A DNA stretch of 64,000 nucleotides, taken from contig OX597824.1 in the NCBI GenBank assembly GCA_951406725.2, positions 61,318,001-61,382,000 on the forward strand, written 5' to 3'. The stretch's first letter is position 1, and each line of letters starts with the position of its first letter. The position numbers and the translations under genes were made by a program. This DNA is from Octopus vulgaris. Taxonomy: Eukaryota. The notes beneath the pieces were generated by a model. The model did not search any database and was not told the origin of the DNA. It saw nothing but the letters and a program-made list of their open reading frames with translations. Shown piece by piece: positions 12,655 through 26,290 of this stretch.

Positions 12655-15130
12655 GTTGTTGTTGTTCTTGTTCTTCTTCTTCTCCCCTCCTCCTCCTCCT
12701 CCTCCTCCTTCTTCTCCTTCTTCTTTTTCTTCTTCTTCTTCTTCTTCTTCTTCTTCTTCTTCTTCTTCTTCTTCTTCTTCTTCTTCTTCTTCTTCTATGC
12801 TTGACTTTTGCTTTGTAATTGTACAAGTTGACTCCAAGTCTCACCCAGAGACCCCAAGAGACAACAAGTTAGAAGTTCAAGTTGGTGTTATGTCTAGGGT
12901 GTGATATATTTGGTTTTACACATAGTATCGCTCTAGAGAATGTTTAAGAAAACATAAGAAAATTATAAGTTTGTTTTAAAATTTGAGATTACATAAACAG
13001 TATTTTACGTATTTTATTTTTCCTGGTATCTGAGCTATGTAGGAATAAGCCTCTTTTGCTATCATTCCTAGGGCACCTATGACAACAGGTATTGCTTTAG
13101 ATTTGCGGTTCCACATTTTGCCAGAAGACACTAACTATTGATGGGTAAGGGCTTTGTCAACATCGGCATTATTAGCTCTCATTGGGTATTTGCCATTGAG
13201 AAGTTTTTCTTGCCATTTATCAGTAAGTATATCCAAGGCAGCGATTTTAGCACCTGCTTTCATACACTTAGCCTTTTCTGTGCTTATTTCCAGTACGTCT
13301 CATTCTGGGATTTGTTGTATTTGGAATTCATTTAGATATTCCTTTGCCTGTTTTGTTACTGAGTATGATGCTTTCTTGTTTTCATGCTTTAAGATAAGTT
13401 TTAAAGTCCAGTCATCAGATTTTTTCAGGTAGGTGTTTAGGCCAATTGTGGCCATCTTCATTGATAATTCTAGTTGTAAAAGTCCGCGGCCACCTTATTT
13501 TCTTGGCAGGTAAAGTCGTTCTATATCTGCCTTAGGGTGGTGCATTCTATGCATTGTCAACAAGTTTCGGATTTTTCTGTCAAAAATCTCTGGGAAGGCA
13601 TTCAACCTGAAGTTAGGAATTTTATCCTCTCCTGGGGACTTCCATTTGCTTGATTTTCTGAGAGCAGATCTTACATCCTCTACCTTGATACCCTCCCACT
13701 TTGCTCTTCTAAGGAGTATAAGTCTGTAGATATTCTAGCAATCCAAGGGGCATTTTCATTGCCTGTTTTTTCTTCTGCCCAAATTATATTCTAAAATTCC
13801 TGCACTTCTTCTTTTGATGGGACGGATTGCTATTTTCCCTATCTTGGTATTTCCCCTATCTTCTGGTATATTCCATATCTTCTGGTATATTCCCTATCTT
13901 GCTGTAAAAAAAACTTTTGGGTTATTTTTGAACATGTTGTTGAAGAATTTAACGCGCTTTTCGGGCAGCTTTAGTACATGCCTTTTGCTTGATTGTTTCT
14001 ATGCTGGTATCGATGTTAAGTACGGTTTTCGTATTATATATTTTCTTTAATTTTCGGAGTTTTGTTGGTTTGATAGTGTTGTCAAACTTAAGGTTTTTTT
14101 TTAACCATTCTATGTCAGACCTAAGTAGCTGCACTTGGTGTCGAATCCGCTCTTGCCAAGAAGGCTTTTTGTGGGGATGTTGTCGTTTTCTAATCTTTTT
14201 ACCACATAGAACCGTTGAGAAATTATATCCTTAAGTGCAAGACAGATTTTACCATATACTTCCAGGTTTTGGTTAGAGTTGTGAATTTTCGGGAGAGTGT
14301 CACGTTCATTCATACTGGTTTCTTTACTTTTCATGATTTGATTTTTTTAGATCATCTAGTTCTATTGGGTCAATTTCTTTGTGACTTTCTTCATCTGTTT
14401 AATTTTTATCTACGTTGGTGTTTATGGTTGATTCAGAGAGTATGTCAGTTCCTTTTATCTCTTACTGATTGTTTAATTGGGTCAATCTCTAATTCAGTTC
14501 GTAATTTCTTTTTCATAATGTTTCTTCTAATGTTGGCAAATTAGTGACTGTCCGTGTAGCATCTTACTTCAAGGTGTTTGTCTCCAGTTTATGTAAGTTT
14601 GTTCAGTATTAAATCTTTTTGTGGGGAAATACATGGCATAATAGAAGGCCTCAAGAACTTATTTATTATCTCCCCTAGACCATTTTCATTCTTTTTCTTT
14701 TGGTTAGTTAATGACGTAGCGTAGATGCCCATCTGTTGGAATATTCCGGTTGTGGAGTACTTCCAGCTCTTGCCTTTATAGAAGATTTGAACCAGTAGCT
14801 GACTAGGAACCTAGTCTGGTTCCACACTGGGGTGTGCAGCCCTTGTTGACCCGGGTGACGACTGATTCGGTTTGTATTTTGCTTTGTTATCGAGGCATGA
14901 CGAGCTTGGACGTTGACATTAGGAGACGGATCTGTCTATTTAGGGTCAATTTTTTTGAGACAACACCGCCTCCATGTTCTCTGAATGAGAACATTGCTCA
15001 TAACGCAGCGTCTTAAGGCTAACAGATTTGTATTCGTCTGTTTGTTTGTTCTGTTGATAGATTTATCTCTGGGCATAGTTTTTGTGGTGTTTTTAAACTT
15101 ATGGATTGCTTACTCTGTGCTAGTTCGAAA
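12655..15130 (-). mobile_element. R4/Dong-like LINE with large internal deletions and a simple-repeat tail
   Basis: N-terminal KWSRGDNK*VLEAFYYA; VRSALRKSSKWKSPGEDKIPNF joined directly to KIRNLLTMHRMHHPKADIERLYLPRK*GGRGL (RT core deleted); C-terminal IPVVIGALGMIAK; (GAA)n/(CAA)n tail. Confidence 0.85.
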
Positions 15131-15407
15131 AATAAAGAAAATTGTTTTGTTATTTTTTTCATCGTTTGTGACACGTGCTTTGATATGCGTGTATGTGTTT
15201 CCTGTAAATTTCACGTAGTTGTGGAAACATTGGGATGTATGTGTAGTCCTATGGGTATTTAAATGTATATATTATCGTGTAGACATTCGAGTGTATGCGT
15301 AATTAATCAATTTACGTACTTACTGTTTTGTTCCACTTATATTTTATAATTTGTAAACTTTCCGATGTTGATTTCGCATGTCTTTCGCATTATTATTATT
15401 ATTGTTA

Positions 15408-15460
<53 letters not shown>

Positions 15461-15475
15461 GTTATTATTTTTATT

Positions 15476-15660
15476 AAAGCCGTGAGCTGACAGAATCGTT
15501 AGCACGCCGGACAAAATGCTTAGCTGTATTTCTTCAAGCTTTATATTCTGAGTTCAAATACTGTCGGGGTAGACTTTGCCTTTCATTCTTTCGGGGTCGA
15601 TGAAATAAGTAATTGACTATACCCTTTTCCCAAATTGCAGGTCTTGTGCTTATAATAGGT
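15476..15660 (+). mobile_element. SINE family A, degenerate
   Basis: GAGCTGACAGAATCGTTAGCACGCCGGAC..GAGTTCAAAT..GACTTTGCCTTTCATTCTTTCGGGGTCGAT. Confidence 0.8.
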
Positions 15661-15689
15661 ATGCTATATTAGTTAGTTGGAATGCTGTT

Positions 15690-16400
15690 TTGAGATTTGG
15701 CAACACGTCCCTTTAAATCTTAAGAAACTTTCTTGAGATTCTCGCAGAATAAAGATTGCTCTTTTGTGCTGGTTGAGAATGCGAGTCTCAATTCCAGTAT
15801 CCTTCAGCCGTAGCGGTTTGGGTCTTGTGTCAAGTGCACCAATTACCACAAGAACAATTATCGTCTTAGTTTCTGACAATCTCTTCGTTTCTCAGGTGTG
15901 ATATTTCTCAATTTTCTCAATTTATTTCATATCAATTCTATCATCATATGGTATTGCAAAGCCTATGATCTTATACTGTTTGATTTGTTTGTACTCTACA
16001 ATCATATCTAGCCTTCTTGCCTTACTAGTATTGTCAGTCTTTATCCATAAATCCCATAAAATTCTGCAATTATTATTCTCTATCATGTGGTGTCCATACA
16101 ACTTTTCTACTTCTTTAAATCCACCCTTATGATCAACATCCCAATGCACTCTTTTAGCGACACAGTCATACATGCGCTTATATTCTTTCCTTGCTAGCTT
16201 ACTATAGCCATTTACGAAATGGTTAATATTTTCGGCCCATTTCCCACAGATCCTGCTGTGTTCTCCGACTGAGCTTCATCAATCTTTACTTTTGTCAAAT
16301 CTGTCCTCGTAGCTTGTTCTTAAGTAGCTATAATTAGAAATTCGGTTGCTCGTTTCAGATTTTCGTCCATCAACCAGCCTTTTATTTACTTCAATATCTT
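15690..16400 (-). mobile_element. R4/Dong-like LINE C-terminal remnant
   Basis: YDCVAKRVHWD, ILWDLWIKTD, ARRLDMIV and VVIGALDT. Confidence 0.75.
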
Positions 16401-16429
16401 AGGTTTATTGCAAGTTGAAAAAATGCGGA

Positions 16430-17470
16430 AGCTACACGACATCATTGGAATTACATGCACAAGACGGCAGGTTCCCGGTTCCTTCCTTTTTCCAACAATA
16501 GAAGAAAACATGTCAAGGAAAAGAGAGCAATGAATAAGACAGAAGAACGGAACCAGGAGGACGAAAGGAGACGAACAAGATCTGTGGAGCTGGTATGCCA
16601 GTGAACCTGGACTAAATGGGATACCCTGAAAAGCGGTTACATGGACAGACTTGTGGAGGCTAAAACCTTCCTGCAGCTGCTGGTGTATGACAAACTCACA
16701 ATGCCAACAATCTTGTACAGATTGGAGTTTGGAAGGGAACCAGCTGTGGAGACTTTGTGGAAAAAGGCACCTTGATACACATACTGTCGGGGTGAAAAAT
16801 AGAACTTATTCGAGGGAGATGCAAGTGGTACCATGACAAGGTGTTTGCAATACTCGCCCACACCATCAGCAGAAGAAAACAACATCAATAATCAAATTCG
16901 TGAATGAACGAGAAAAGCCAGTGAAGACAGCAAAAAGGACAAATAATCTACTACATGTGACCTAATCATGGGATTTGAAAGTAGACCTGGGAGAAAGATT
17001 GCAGTTCTCTAACAACTCTGAGGCCAGATGTAGTTTTATGGTCTGAAAAGGCAATTCTGTAGGAGGAATGGTTTGATGAAGTCTTTCAATAGAAGTATCA
17101 GGATTGCAAGGAGCGGGGATGGCTGTCATAGTTATTCCCGGTCGATGCTTGCTGTTGGAAATTCCCTGCTCAGTCTGTATGGAGTGAAGAGAGTGAAGCG
17201 AGTGAATGGTAGCTGTGTGCAGGACGGTAAAACAGCAGAAAGGGCTTCTTGCCAGTTATGGAGCAAGTAGAGAAGCAAGTTAAGATGAAAGGCAGGTGTA
17301 GATGACTAGCAGTGATTTGGCCACTTCTACCGATTCACCAACGGAAAGGTGTTACCGTTTAGGATCGAAACACACGATGATCGTTGGATACTGTCGAATA
17401 ACATCAATTCCTTCTGGCCAAAGCTATATTCACCAAGGTGAATGGGAGAGAAGCATCTTCTTTTAGGCGT
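16430..17470 (+). mobile_element. Hero/NeSL-like RLE non-LTR retrotransposon remnant
   Basis: Broken frames give VYDKLTMP, HILSG, WYHDKVFAILAH, WDLKVDLGERLQF and TLRPDVVLWS. Confidence 0.65.
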
Positions 17471-17807
17471 TATCAAAGCACACGCGTACACACAAATATA
17501 ATATAATATGATATAATATAATATAATATAATGTAATATAATATAATATAATATAATATATATATGCCATCCTATCTTTCTTTATGTGTAAGAAAAAATG
17601 GAGTCCATCTTATTCACATTATTATAGCCTTTTTGATAAAAACTGAACGAAAAATGTGTGTTGTTTGTTAATTTATAACATGGAGTTATATAACCAAATA
17701 TTGTTACATACAAAATGAAAGTGAAGCGAAGCAAGCAGATATGTACATATAACAATGTAATCGTAGCATTACTTATGTTAAAGCAAAGGGTATACATATA
17801 CGAATGT

Positions 17808-18445
17808 GCTCCACCGACTTTGTTTCCTCAATAATCTTCAGAAAAATGGGTATTTAATAAATGAAGGTTTTTACAAATATGATTCACATGATGTAGATTT
17901 CGATTATACCGGAATTTGTTATGGAAAAAGTCTCCCGATGTGTGAGGAGAAGAATTTCGGAAAATTCATATGAGTCGGCTTTGTTTCCCTATTACTATCG
18001 GAAAAATGTGTATTTTTAAATGAAATTTACAAATACTTTCAAAGAGTGTAAATTACGATTATATCTGAATTCGATGTGTAAAGAAAAATGGTTAGTACGC
18101 ATACATACATACTGACAAATGTCACAATTTTTACGAAATTTCAAGTTCCGTTTTGCAGATGTGTGATGTGTTGCAGTTTGTATGTATGCTAGCCCCCAAT
18201 ATTTGTTCACTTCAAATTCCGTTGTGATAGTAATGCACTCACTCTGGAATGTATTTGTAGAACAATACATTCGTTTTTTCTGAAAGTTATGAGGAAACAA
18301 AGCCGAAATGTAGGAATTTTCCGAAACTACTCTCCCCACCCTTCGGAAAATCGTTTCAGTACAAATTCCTATATAATCGTAATCTACACTCTGAAAGGTA
18401 TTTGCTGAAAATTTCATTAAAAAAATATCCATTTTTTCTGAATTT
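17808..18445. mobile_element. MITE-like element with internally repeated inverted arms
   Basis: The unit TTTGTTTCCTCA..CTTCAGAAAAATG..GTAGATT.CGATTATA occurs twice on + (about 17815-18070) and twice on - (about 18240-18445). Confidence 0.6.
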
Positions 18446-18903
18446 TTCTAAACTCTACACACGGAAAACTTTAAAGCAGCCAACTAAAAAGATGAAATAT
18501 TACAAAGCATTTATTAACAGAATGTGCATTTAATATTTAAAAAAAAGCAATGATGAATGAATGAAGACTTTTAACTAAAAAAACCCCAAATAAACAAGAA
18601 CCCCCCCACCAAACCTGAAGTATAGGCTGTAAAAAAGCTGCAAATAATTCAATCATGCAGTGTTTGCCAAGTAGAAATTTTAAGTTTAGATCTCTTGTGT
18701 TTGTAGATGTGCATAAACTGTAGTCCGGCTATGGACACTTAGTTCAGGCTGGTTACTGGATATCATTGCGCATGCATTATCGGAAGAAACATATTGTAAG
18801 ATTATATCGAATGTATGTATGTATGTATGTATGTATGTATGTATGTATGTATGTATGTATGTATGTATGTATGCATGTATATGTATGTATGTATATGTGT
18901 AGG

Positions 18904-18994
<91 letters not shown>

Positions 18995-19014
18995 ATAAAT
19001 TTAAATTTAAAATT

Positions 19015-19315
19015 AGGGTGAGAAACTGGATATTAATTTACTTAACATCAATTTAACACCAGTGGTCTAGCATATCAAAATCTGAAAGTTCAGTAAATTG
19101 TATTATATACATGAGAGGGATGACCACTATGTGGACAACCCTAATGCTAGAAGTAGATCCGCTATGGTCTTACCACTTAGAAATGTTCTCAAGAAAAATT
19201 TAGGTGTTTGCTAAATTTTTCTTGAGAACATTTCTTAGAGGTAAGACCATAGCGGATCTACTTCTTGCATTAGGGTTGTCCACATAGTGGTCATCCCTCT
19301 CATATGTATACAATA
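19015..19315. mobile_element. Fold-back element with a 93-bp-arm hairpin (19111-19203 / 19211-19303)
   Basis: Near-perfect reverse-complement arms around the loop GTGTTTG, embedded between (ATCT)n tracts. Confidence 0.85.
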
Positions 19316-19323
19316 GCTATCTT

Positions 19324-19451
<128 letters not shown>

Positions 19452-19502
19452 ATCAAATTACATCCTCTCTACATGCATACAAACGCAGATACCCTCACAC
19501 AA

Positions 19503-19550
<48 letters not shown>

Positions 19551-20129
19551 CAGCACATATTTTCTATTCTCTCTACACAACAAATATATGCTCTATTACA
19601 CATACAAGAAAATACAAAAAATATTAGATAATATAACTACTACAACCGTTATTCCAGAAAGTCCTCTAAAATTGCTTTACTTGTACAAAAATTGGAAACA
19701 AAAGCAGCAATCGAGTATTTCTAAATCTATTGTATATTTCACATTGCACCGAAAATCAATTTCGAGATGTTATACTAAAATATCTTCGGTGCGGATCCAA
19801 ACTCATGTAACTGTCTTTTTCTTCATTATCCAGGTAGCTTATATTTTTAGCACTTTACTTCACCATTCCGCTAAATATAATAAAATGGTTATTTCTACAA
19901 ATTTGTCTTCTGAATCTGGTAAAAGAAAACTCCCAAAACAACAAATCATTATTTGTTTCTGGGTTTTTCTTTCACTGTCTATTTTTTCTTGTGTGGTTTT
20001 CAGTTTGATTAGTTTTTTATTTTTGTATATTTCATATTTCGAGAATGAATGATATATTTTACTTCTGTACTTCTGCACAAAGCATCAGGCATTTTCAGAA
20101 CAAATATTTATTTATTCTCTTATTCTTTA

Positions 20130-20535
20130 ACTTGTTTCAGTCGTTTGACTGTGGCCATGCTGGAGTACCGCCTTAAAGGGGATTTTTTAGTTGAACCAAA
20201 AGCCTAGGACTTATTTTATCGGTATCTTTTGCTGAACCGTGAGTTTACGGGTACGTAAACTCACCAACGCCGGTTGTCAAGTTGACACAAGGGCACACAC
20301 ACACACACACACACACAAAAACAGACACACACACATGTATGTATGTATGTATGTATGTATGTATGTATGTATGTATGTATGTATCTATCTATTCATGACG
20401 GTCTTCTTTCAGTTTCTGTCTACTAAATCCACTCACAAGGCTTTGGTTGACCCGAGGCTATAGTAGAAGACACTTGCCCAAATTGCACGCAATGGGACTG
20501 AACCCGGAATCATGTGGTTGGTAAGCAAGCTACTT
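20130..20535 (-). mobile_element. tRNA-derived SINE family B with internal microsatellite
   Basis: The minus-strand head reads ..CACATGATTCCGGGTTCAGTCCC..TTGGGCAAGTGTCTTCTACTATAGC and the tail GCGGTACTCCAGCATGGCCACAGTCAAACGACTGAAAC. Confidence 0.85.
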
Positions 20536-20589
20536 ATCTTGATAGTCGCCTATTTCGTTGGTACGAGTATCTTTATGTTTTGCTAAGCC

Positions 20590-21170
20590 ACTGTTGGGCT
20601 GCTGTTTCATCAGCCCTTCGTGACACTGTACGATTACCAAACGGAAGCATCGACCATTGCGTGTTGTGATTGCAAGCCTGATAAACAACGAAGTTGCAAG
20701 CGAAGATGCTGTCCCAATGGAGATCTTCAAGCATTGCCAAGAAGCACATCTGGGACTCTAAATTACTTCCTCAAGATTGAAGAGATGAAGTTCTCCATCC
20801 TTAGTTCAAGAATGGAGACAGACGCTGTTGCGGAAACTACAGAGGTGTCAGCCTTATTGACATCGAGGCAAAGATATTTACCTCAGTCTTGTCACGCAAA
20901 TTCCAGCTTGAGCGAGACCGGCGCACCCGTCCTAACCAGCCAGGCCTTCGTCATGGCCGTTGCTTTACGGATCAGATCTTCATGCTGAAAAGAACTCTGG
21001 AGCACCTTTGGTGTTATCAACAACCGACCATTATTTACTTCGTCGATTTTGTAGCGGCATTTGACTCAGTTGACTGTGATGTATTATGGAAAGTAATGAC
21101 GGCAGATGATTTTCTACCAAAACGTTTCAACTTGCTGAAAGTCTACTACCATGCAAACATGAATTTGGAC
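20590..21170 (+). mobile_element. RTE-type LINE RT fragment
   Basis: RPNQPGLRHGRCFTDQIFMLKRTLEH..PTIIYFVDFVAAFDSVD (RT motifs). Confidence 0.85.
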
Positions 21171-21233
21171 TGAGACCGGAAAGACAGACGAAATGTGGCT
21201 AAGCGTGCCAACGATTCTGCCAGCTCATCCCTT

Positions 21234-21282
<49 letters not shown>

Positions 21283-22004
21283 GCAGCAGCAGCAGCAGCA
21301 GTAGCAGCAGCAGCAACGGCAACAACAACAGCAGCAGCAGCAGCAGTAGCAATAACAACAATAATAACAACAACAGCAACAATAATCATGGGTTCAAATT
21401 TTGACACAAGGCCAGTACTTATAACCAGCGATGCTATTCTCAAATGCATGACATAAAGGAAAGAAACTGCAGCTGGAAATTGCAACTGGGTTCCTAATTT
21501 AGTTAACAGAGTTTGTAAAGCTATATTAGCCGATAAAATATAATGAAAAGAAGTAATGGAGGCACATAATGGAGTTTGAGACTGCAGGTTGTTCTTATCG
21601 TTGCTGTTGTTGCTATATGGCTCCTTTTGAATCCTAAACTAGCAGAGTTTTCACGAAAGGCATTCATTCCGAAACAAGCGCGTATTTTGTTTACAGACAC
21701 ACTATTACGTGACTCTTTTTTAAAGACATTAGCAGATTTGGTTGTTATTTCTAGAATTTGTAGCAATCTCATAAACGCAGTATACGTCTTGTGTAGAATT
21801 TATCGTGAAATAACAGAAATACACGATGATAAAGAAAATATTTAAGTGAGAGTTCAATACATATAGCTTGCAGATTGATAGGCAGGTAACAGTGAAATTA
21901 AATTGAAATCGAGTCGCAATCTTGACTGGACACGAAGCAATGTTGCTAGCATTTCTTGCTGTTTATATCAGCGTCTACAGGGTAAAGCAAATGGGTGATC
22001 ACTT

Positions 22005-22900
22005 CACAGACACGCATACCCTTAACGTAGTTCTTAGAGAGATTTAGCGTGTGACAAAATGTGACAAGGCTAACCTTTTGAATTGCAGGTAGAACTTATT
22101 TTTTGTCAGATGAGTGAACTGGAGCAACGTGAAATAAAATGTCTTGCTCAAGAACACAACACAACGCAACGCTGGGTGTCGGCCTCACGACCATACAATC
22201 GTGAGCCGCTTACCCTAACCACTAATCCACGCGCCTTCACTAGAGTAGTGAGTTGTTGGAGAGTACAGAAGAGTATTGAGCAAAATGCTGCCTATATGTT
22301 TTACAATCTTTAGTTCTGTTCTTGTGGATTCTACATTCGAATTCGCCAAAAGCAAACTATTACGTCTTCAATAGAAGATAAATAAAGACTCGCGGACTAA
22401 TAGAATACGTATTAGTGATTTTCTGTTGTGACCCCTTCGGTTATGAATGACCATGGGATTGCACCTAGAAAGTTACCCTCCGAGACACAAGTCTGGGCAA
22501 GGTTGTAAAACATAGATTGTAAAACATATATGGGAGACCAGCAGTCGCCCATGCATACTGGCCTCCCCTCTCCACACCACTGATGTTATCCAAAGGAAAG
22601 GCTAAGGCCGATACAGCTTGGCACCTGTGACGTCGCAGCTCATTTATTAACGTGCAAGTGACTGAGCACTCCACAGACACGTGTACCCTTAACGTAGTTC
22701 TCGGGGAGATTCAGCGTGACTCAGATTGTGACAAGTCTGGCCCTTTGAAATACAGGTACAAAAGAAACAGGAAGAAAGAATGAGAGAAAGTTGTGGTGAA
22801 AGAGTACAGCAGGGTTCACCACCACCCCCTGCCGGAGCCTCGTGGAGCTTTAGGTGTTTCCGCTGCCCTAACCACTGGGCCATTGCGCCATTGCGCCACC
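22005..22900 (-). mobile_element. Two SINE family C copies (about 22005-22240 and 22425-22900)
   Basis: Both share CACAGACACG..TACCCTTAACGTAGTTCT..GAGATT.AGCGTG..TGTGACAAG and end in a tRNA-like CCCTAACCACT..GCCA head on the minus strand; a similar head occurs at 39080-39135. Confidence 0.7.
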
Positions 22901-23199
22901 ACAGTGATATACTAGTGTTCATACTATTAACATATTTCACTAAATAGCAAACAATATACCATTATTCCTTTTTTTTTATTAAAAGAAAAAAGCTCTGAAA
23001 TAAAAATAAACGGCAGATCAAGGAGAAATGAAAGTCAAGGTAAGATTCGATCGCGGAACAATGAAATAATCGAGCAAAGATTTTTGAGGATTCCCATGCT
23101 GTCATAAACACTTTCGCTGCTCCTAGAATACTTGATTATGTTAAAGTTTAATCAATCCGTATGAGAAGCCACACTAACTTAGAAGGAATGTAATTTACA

Positions 23200-23270
<71 letters not shown>

Positions 23271-24213
23271 TTATATTTATATATATATGCATATATCCAT
23301 ATATATTTATATACATATGTGTGTGTGTATATACACACACACACACATAAAATCTAATATAAAGTATTTATGGCGGATAAAAGGTGAAGCTGCTATTTCA
23401 AGACGATTTCTGTCAAATTGTTTACCACTCACTGATCTTATATTATCCGTCGATCTATCGATCTCTAATAGCCCTGCAATATTCGCTATCTCTTCTCTTC
23501 ATACATAAAGTTGATAGCGTAGAAAACAAGTTTTGCAACGTGTGAGCACTATTCTCGTTATACCCGCATACACAAGGCACACATATGCGACCAAATGATA
23601 CATGCAGATATGTATAAGTATATGCACACACATGTGTGTGAGTGTACATACAGATATATATATATATATATATATCTGTACGTGAGTATACACATATGCA
23701 CGCACACATAAGTACCGGTACATATATACATATGTATACACATATATGCACTTATATGTACATATACATACATACATACATACATATATATGTATATATG
23801 AATATACATACACACACAAAGACTTATACTGATAAGTCTATTACATATACCCACAAAAATTATGCGCGCGCGGTTCTTTGATTTAAAGAGGAGAAGACTA
23901 GCCAATATATACCATAATATAAAAGCGAACCATTCAACTAGAAGTCACTGCAATAGGATAATTAGTGTCTTCTGTATCACTAAGATATTTCAGCCGACTT
24001 CTCCACAAAGTGTTAATGCTATCAACTGTTCCATTATATAATATATATATGTGTGTGTGTATGTGTGCGTGTGTATGTGTGTGTATGTATGTATGTGTAT
24101 ATATATTTATGATACATAAATACATGTACGAACATATATATATATTTTTTATGTATATATATGGTTTACATATATGTAAAATTGTTTTTATTATACCATA
24201 AAAACAGACATTA

Positions 24214-24268
<55 letters not shown>

Positions 24269-24361
24269 CATACATAGACACATGTATACATGTGCATCTG
24301 TATCCTTACCTAGGTATAACTGAACATATATGTATATGAGTATGTATATATATTATATATG

Positions 24362-24399
<38 letters not shown>

Positions 24400-24494
24400 T
24401 TTTGTTATCTTACCGTTTTTACCAATATATATATATATATATGCATATATATAAGAATATAGGTGTGTATGTGTGTATATGTGGATGTGTATAT

Positions 24495-24532
<38 letters not shown>

Positions 24533-24647
24533 ATATATTTCTTTATGTTTATGCATATATGTATGACACGAATTCTCTTTCACTGGTATAAAGTTGTGAG
24601 GAAGAAATGGACATAATTTTTTTCCGAATACGATTCATACTGTTTAG

Positions 24648-24728
24648 GAAATAAGATATTCTCGGTCAAGGATTGCTGAGTCAGTTGAACTAGTCTCACG
24701 CTTTTCTAAAACCCCGAACTTACTTCAG
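24648..24728 (+). other. Candidate 81-nt phase-0 internal exon
   Basis: TGTTTAG acceptor, open frame EIRYSRSRIAESVELVSRFSKTPNLLQ and CAG/GTAAG donor in unique sequence; no recognised homology. Confidence 0.2.
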
Positions 24729-25350
24729 GTAAGAACCAGAAAAGAAGGATACATTCTAAGAGGAATGCAGATTTAACTACATGATAAGGGGTTTGTTGTT
24801 TAACTGTTGCTGTTGTTGTTCTGGTTATATAAGCAGCAATATAGTTCCGATCGTGTAGTTTTATGTCCAAATAAGTTCCATAGCAATTTTTTCCGGGCAT
24901 AGCGTATCTCAGAAAACTTTGTTCCATGTGTATTGTTTTTTTGTTTTTTTTTAACAGTCGGTAAAGTCAAATTTACAATTTCTAACAAATCAAGTGACTG
25001 CATAGTTGCTCTCTCGTAAGCTGGAAGTGATTTAGGGAATTTACTGAGTCAAGATTAAATGCTATCAAATAAATTTACTCGCAAACATGGTTAAGTGTCG
25101 AGATAACTGCACACTGAGTGTGTGTGAAAACTGAAAGGCACTTACAAAAATATAACCTTAAATTAGGTCTGTATTCTTCATATCAAATATTTAAAAAATA
25201 TCATTCATAATCATTGCATCAAACATTCTTTAATGTGGTGATCAAAAATAGTGTTTAGGGATTTCTGCTGATTGAAACTAAAAAGTAAATATACCTTATA
25301 TTGAGTTCTGTTTATTCTGTTTGTTTCACCAAAACTGTGAGTGAATGTGC

Positions 25351-25391
<41 letters not shown>

Positions 25392-25392
<1 letters not shown>

Positions 25393-26179
25393 TAGCAGTA
25401 TCGCCCGGCGTTGCTCGGGTTTGTAAGGGAAATAACTATATAAGCATTTTTAGTGAGTTATAGCAAAAAAATAGCAAAAAATGCATTAAAAATGGAATAA
25501 AAAATGATGGTAATTGTTTTTAAATCTTTGACTCATCGTAGACATTTTTAGAGAGTTACTTCCCTTATATAATAGCGAAAAATGCATTAAAATGGAATAA
25601 AAAATGATGGTAATTTTTTTTTTAATCGTTGACTCATCGTAGACATTTTTAGAGAGTTACTTCCCTTATATAATAGCGAAAAATGCATTAAAATGGAATA
25701 AAAAATGATGGAAACCTGCCCTGTGTGGCGGTAATTGCCGTTTTTGTGGATCTGTTTCAGCTTTTTTAGCGATTTCTGTTTTGGCGACTTCAAGCCATGA
25801 AGTCGTTGTTCTAAAAGAACGCTGGTCTCCTTGACAACGCATTACGACGTTGATTTCCTTACACTCCCTTCCCCACAGCTTCACGAGGGAGGGAAGAAGG
25901 GGGAGAAGCAAACAGGTGCAGGTGTGAGCGTGGACGCCAACTCCGCCGCCATCGACACACGAAAAAATATGCATTAAAATGGAATAAAAAATGATGTTAA
26001 ATTATTTTAAAAATCGTAGACTCATTGTAGACGCGCGCTAATACCCAGACGGGCTCGATATGAATCACGACTATAAGATACCCGAATATGGTTAAACTGC
26101 ACCGCAAAATGTGGGAGTAGTTAGGAATCTAAATCGAAGGGGACAGACACTCACACAACTACAGTTTTATATATATAGA
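25392..26179 (-). mobile_element. Non-autonomous Helitron with internal ~96-bp tandem repeats
   Basis: 5' TC, 3' CTAG, subterminal hairpin CCCGAGCAACGCCGGG, and insertion between A and T in (TA)n. Confidence 0.9.
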
Positions 26180-26290
26180 TATATATATTATACTGAGCGT
26201 CAACGTAATACATTCCCTTGTAGGTCCCTTTGACTTTTATTGTTTCGTTATTTTATTTAACATTCGATTTGCCGATCTATATATATATAA

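Noticed and set aside
17360-17410. GATCGAAACAC... in the 3' region of the Hero-like element as a ribozyme
   Set aside because: No intact CUGANGA core, and too degenerate to support.
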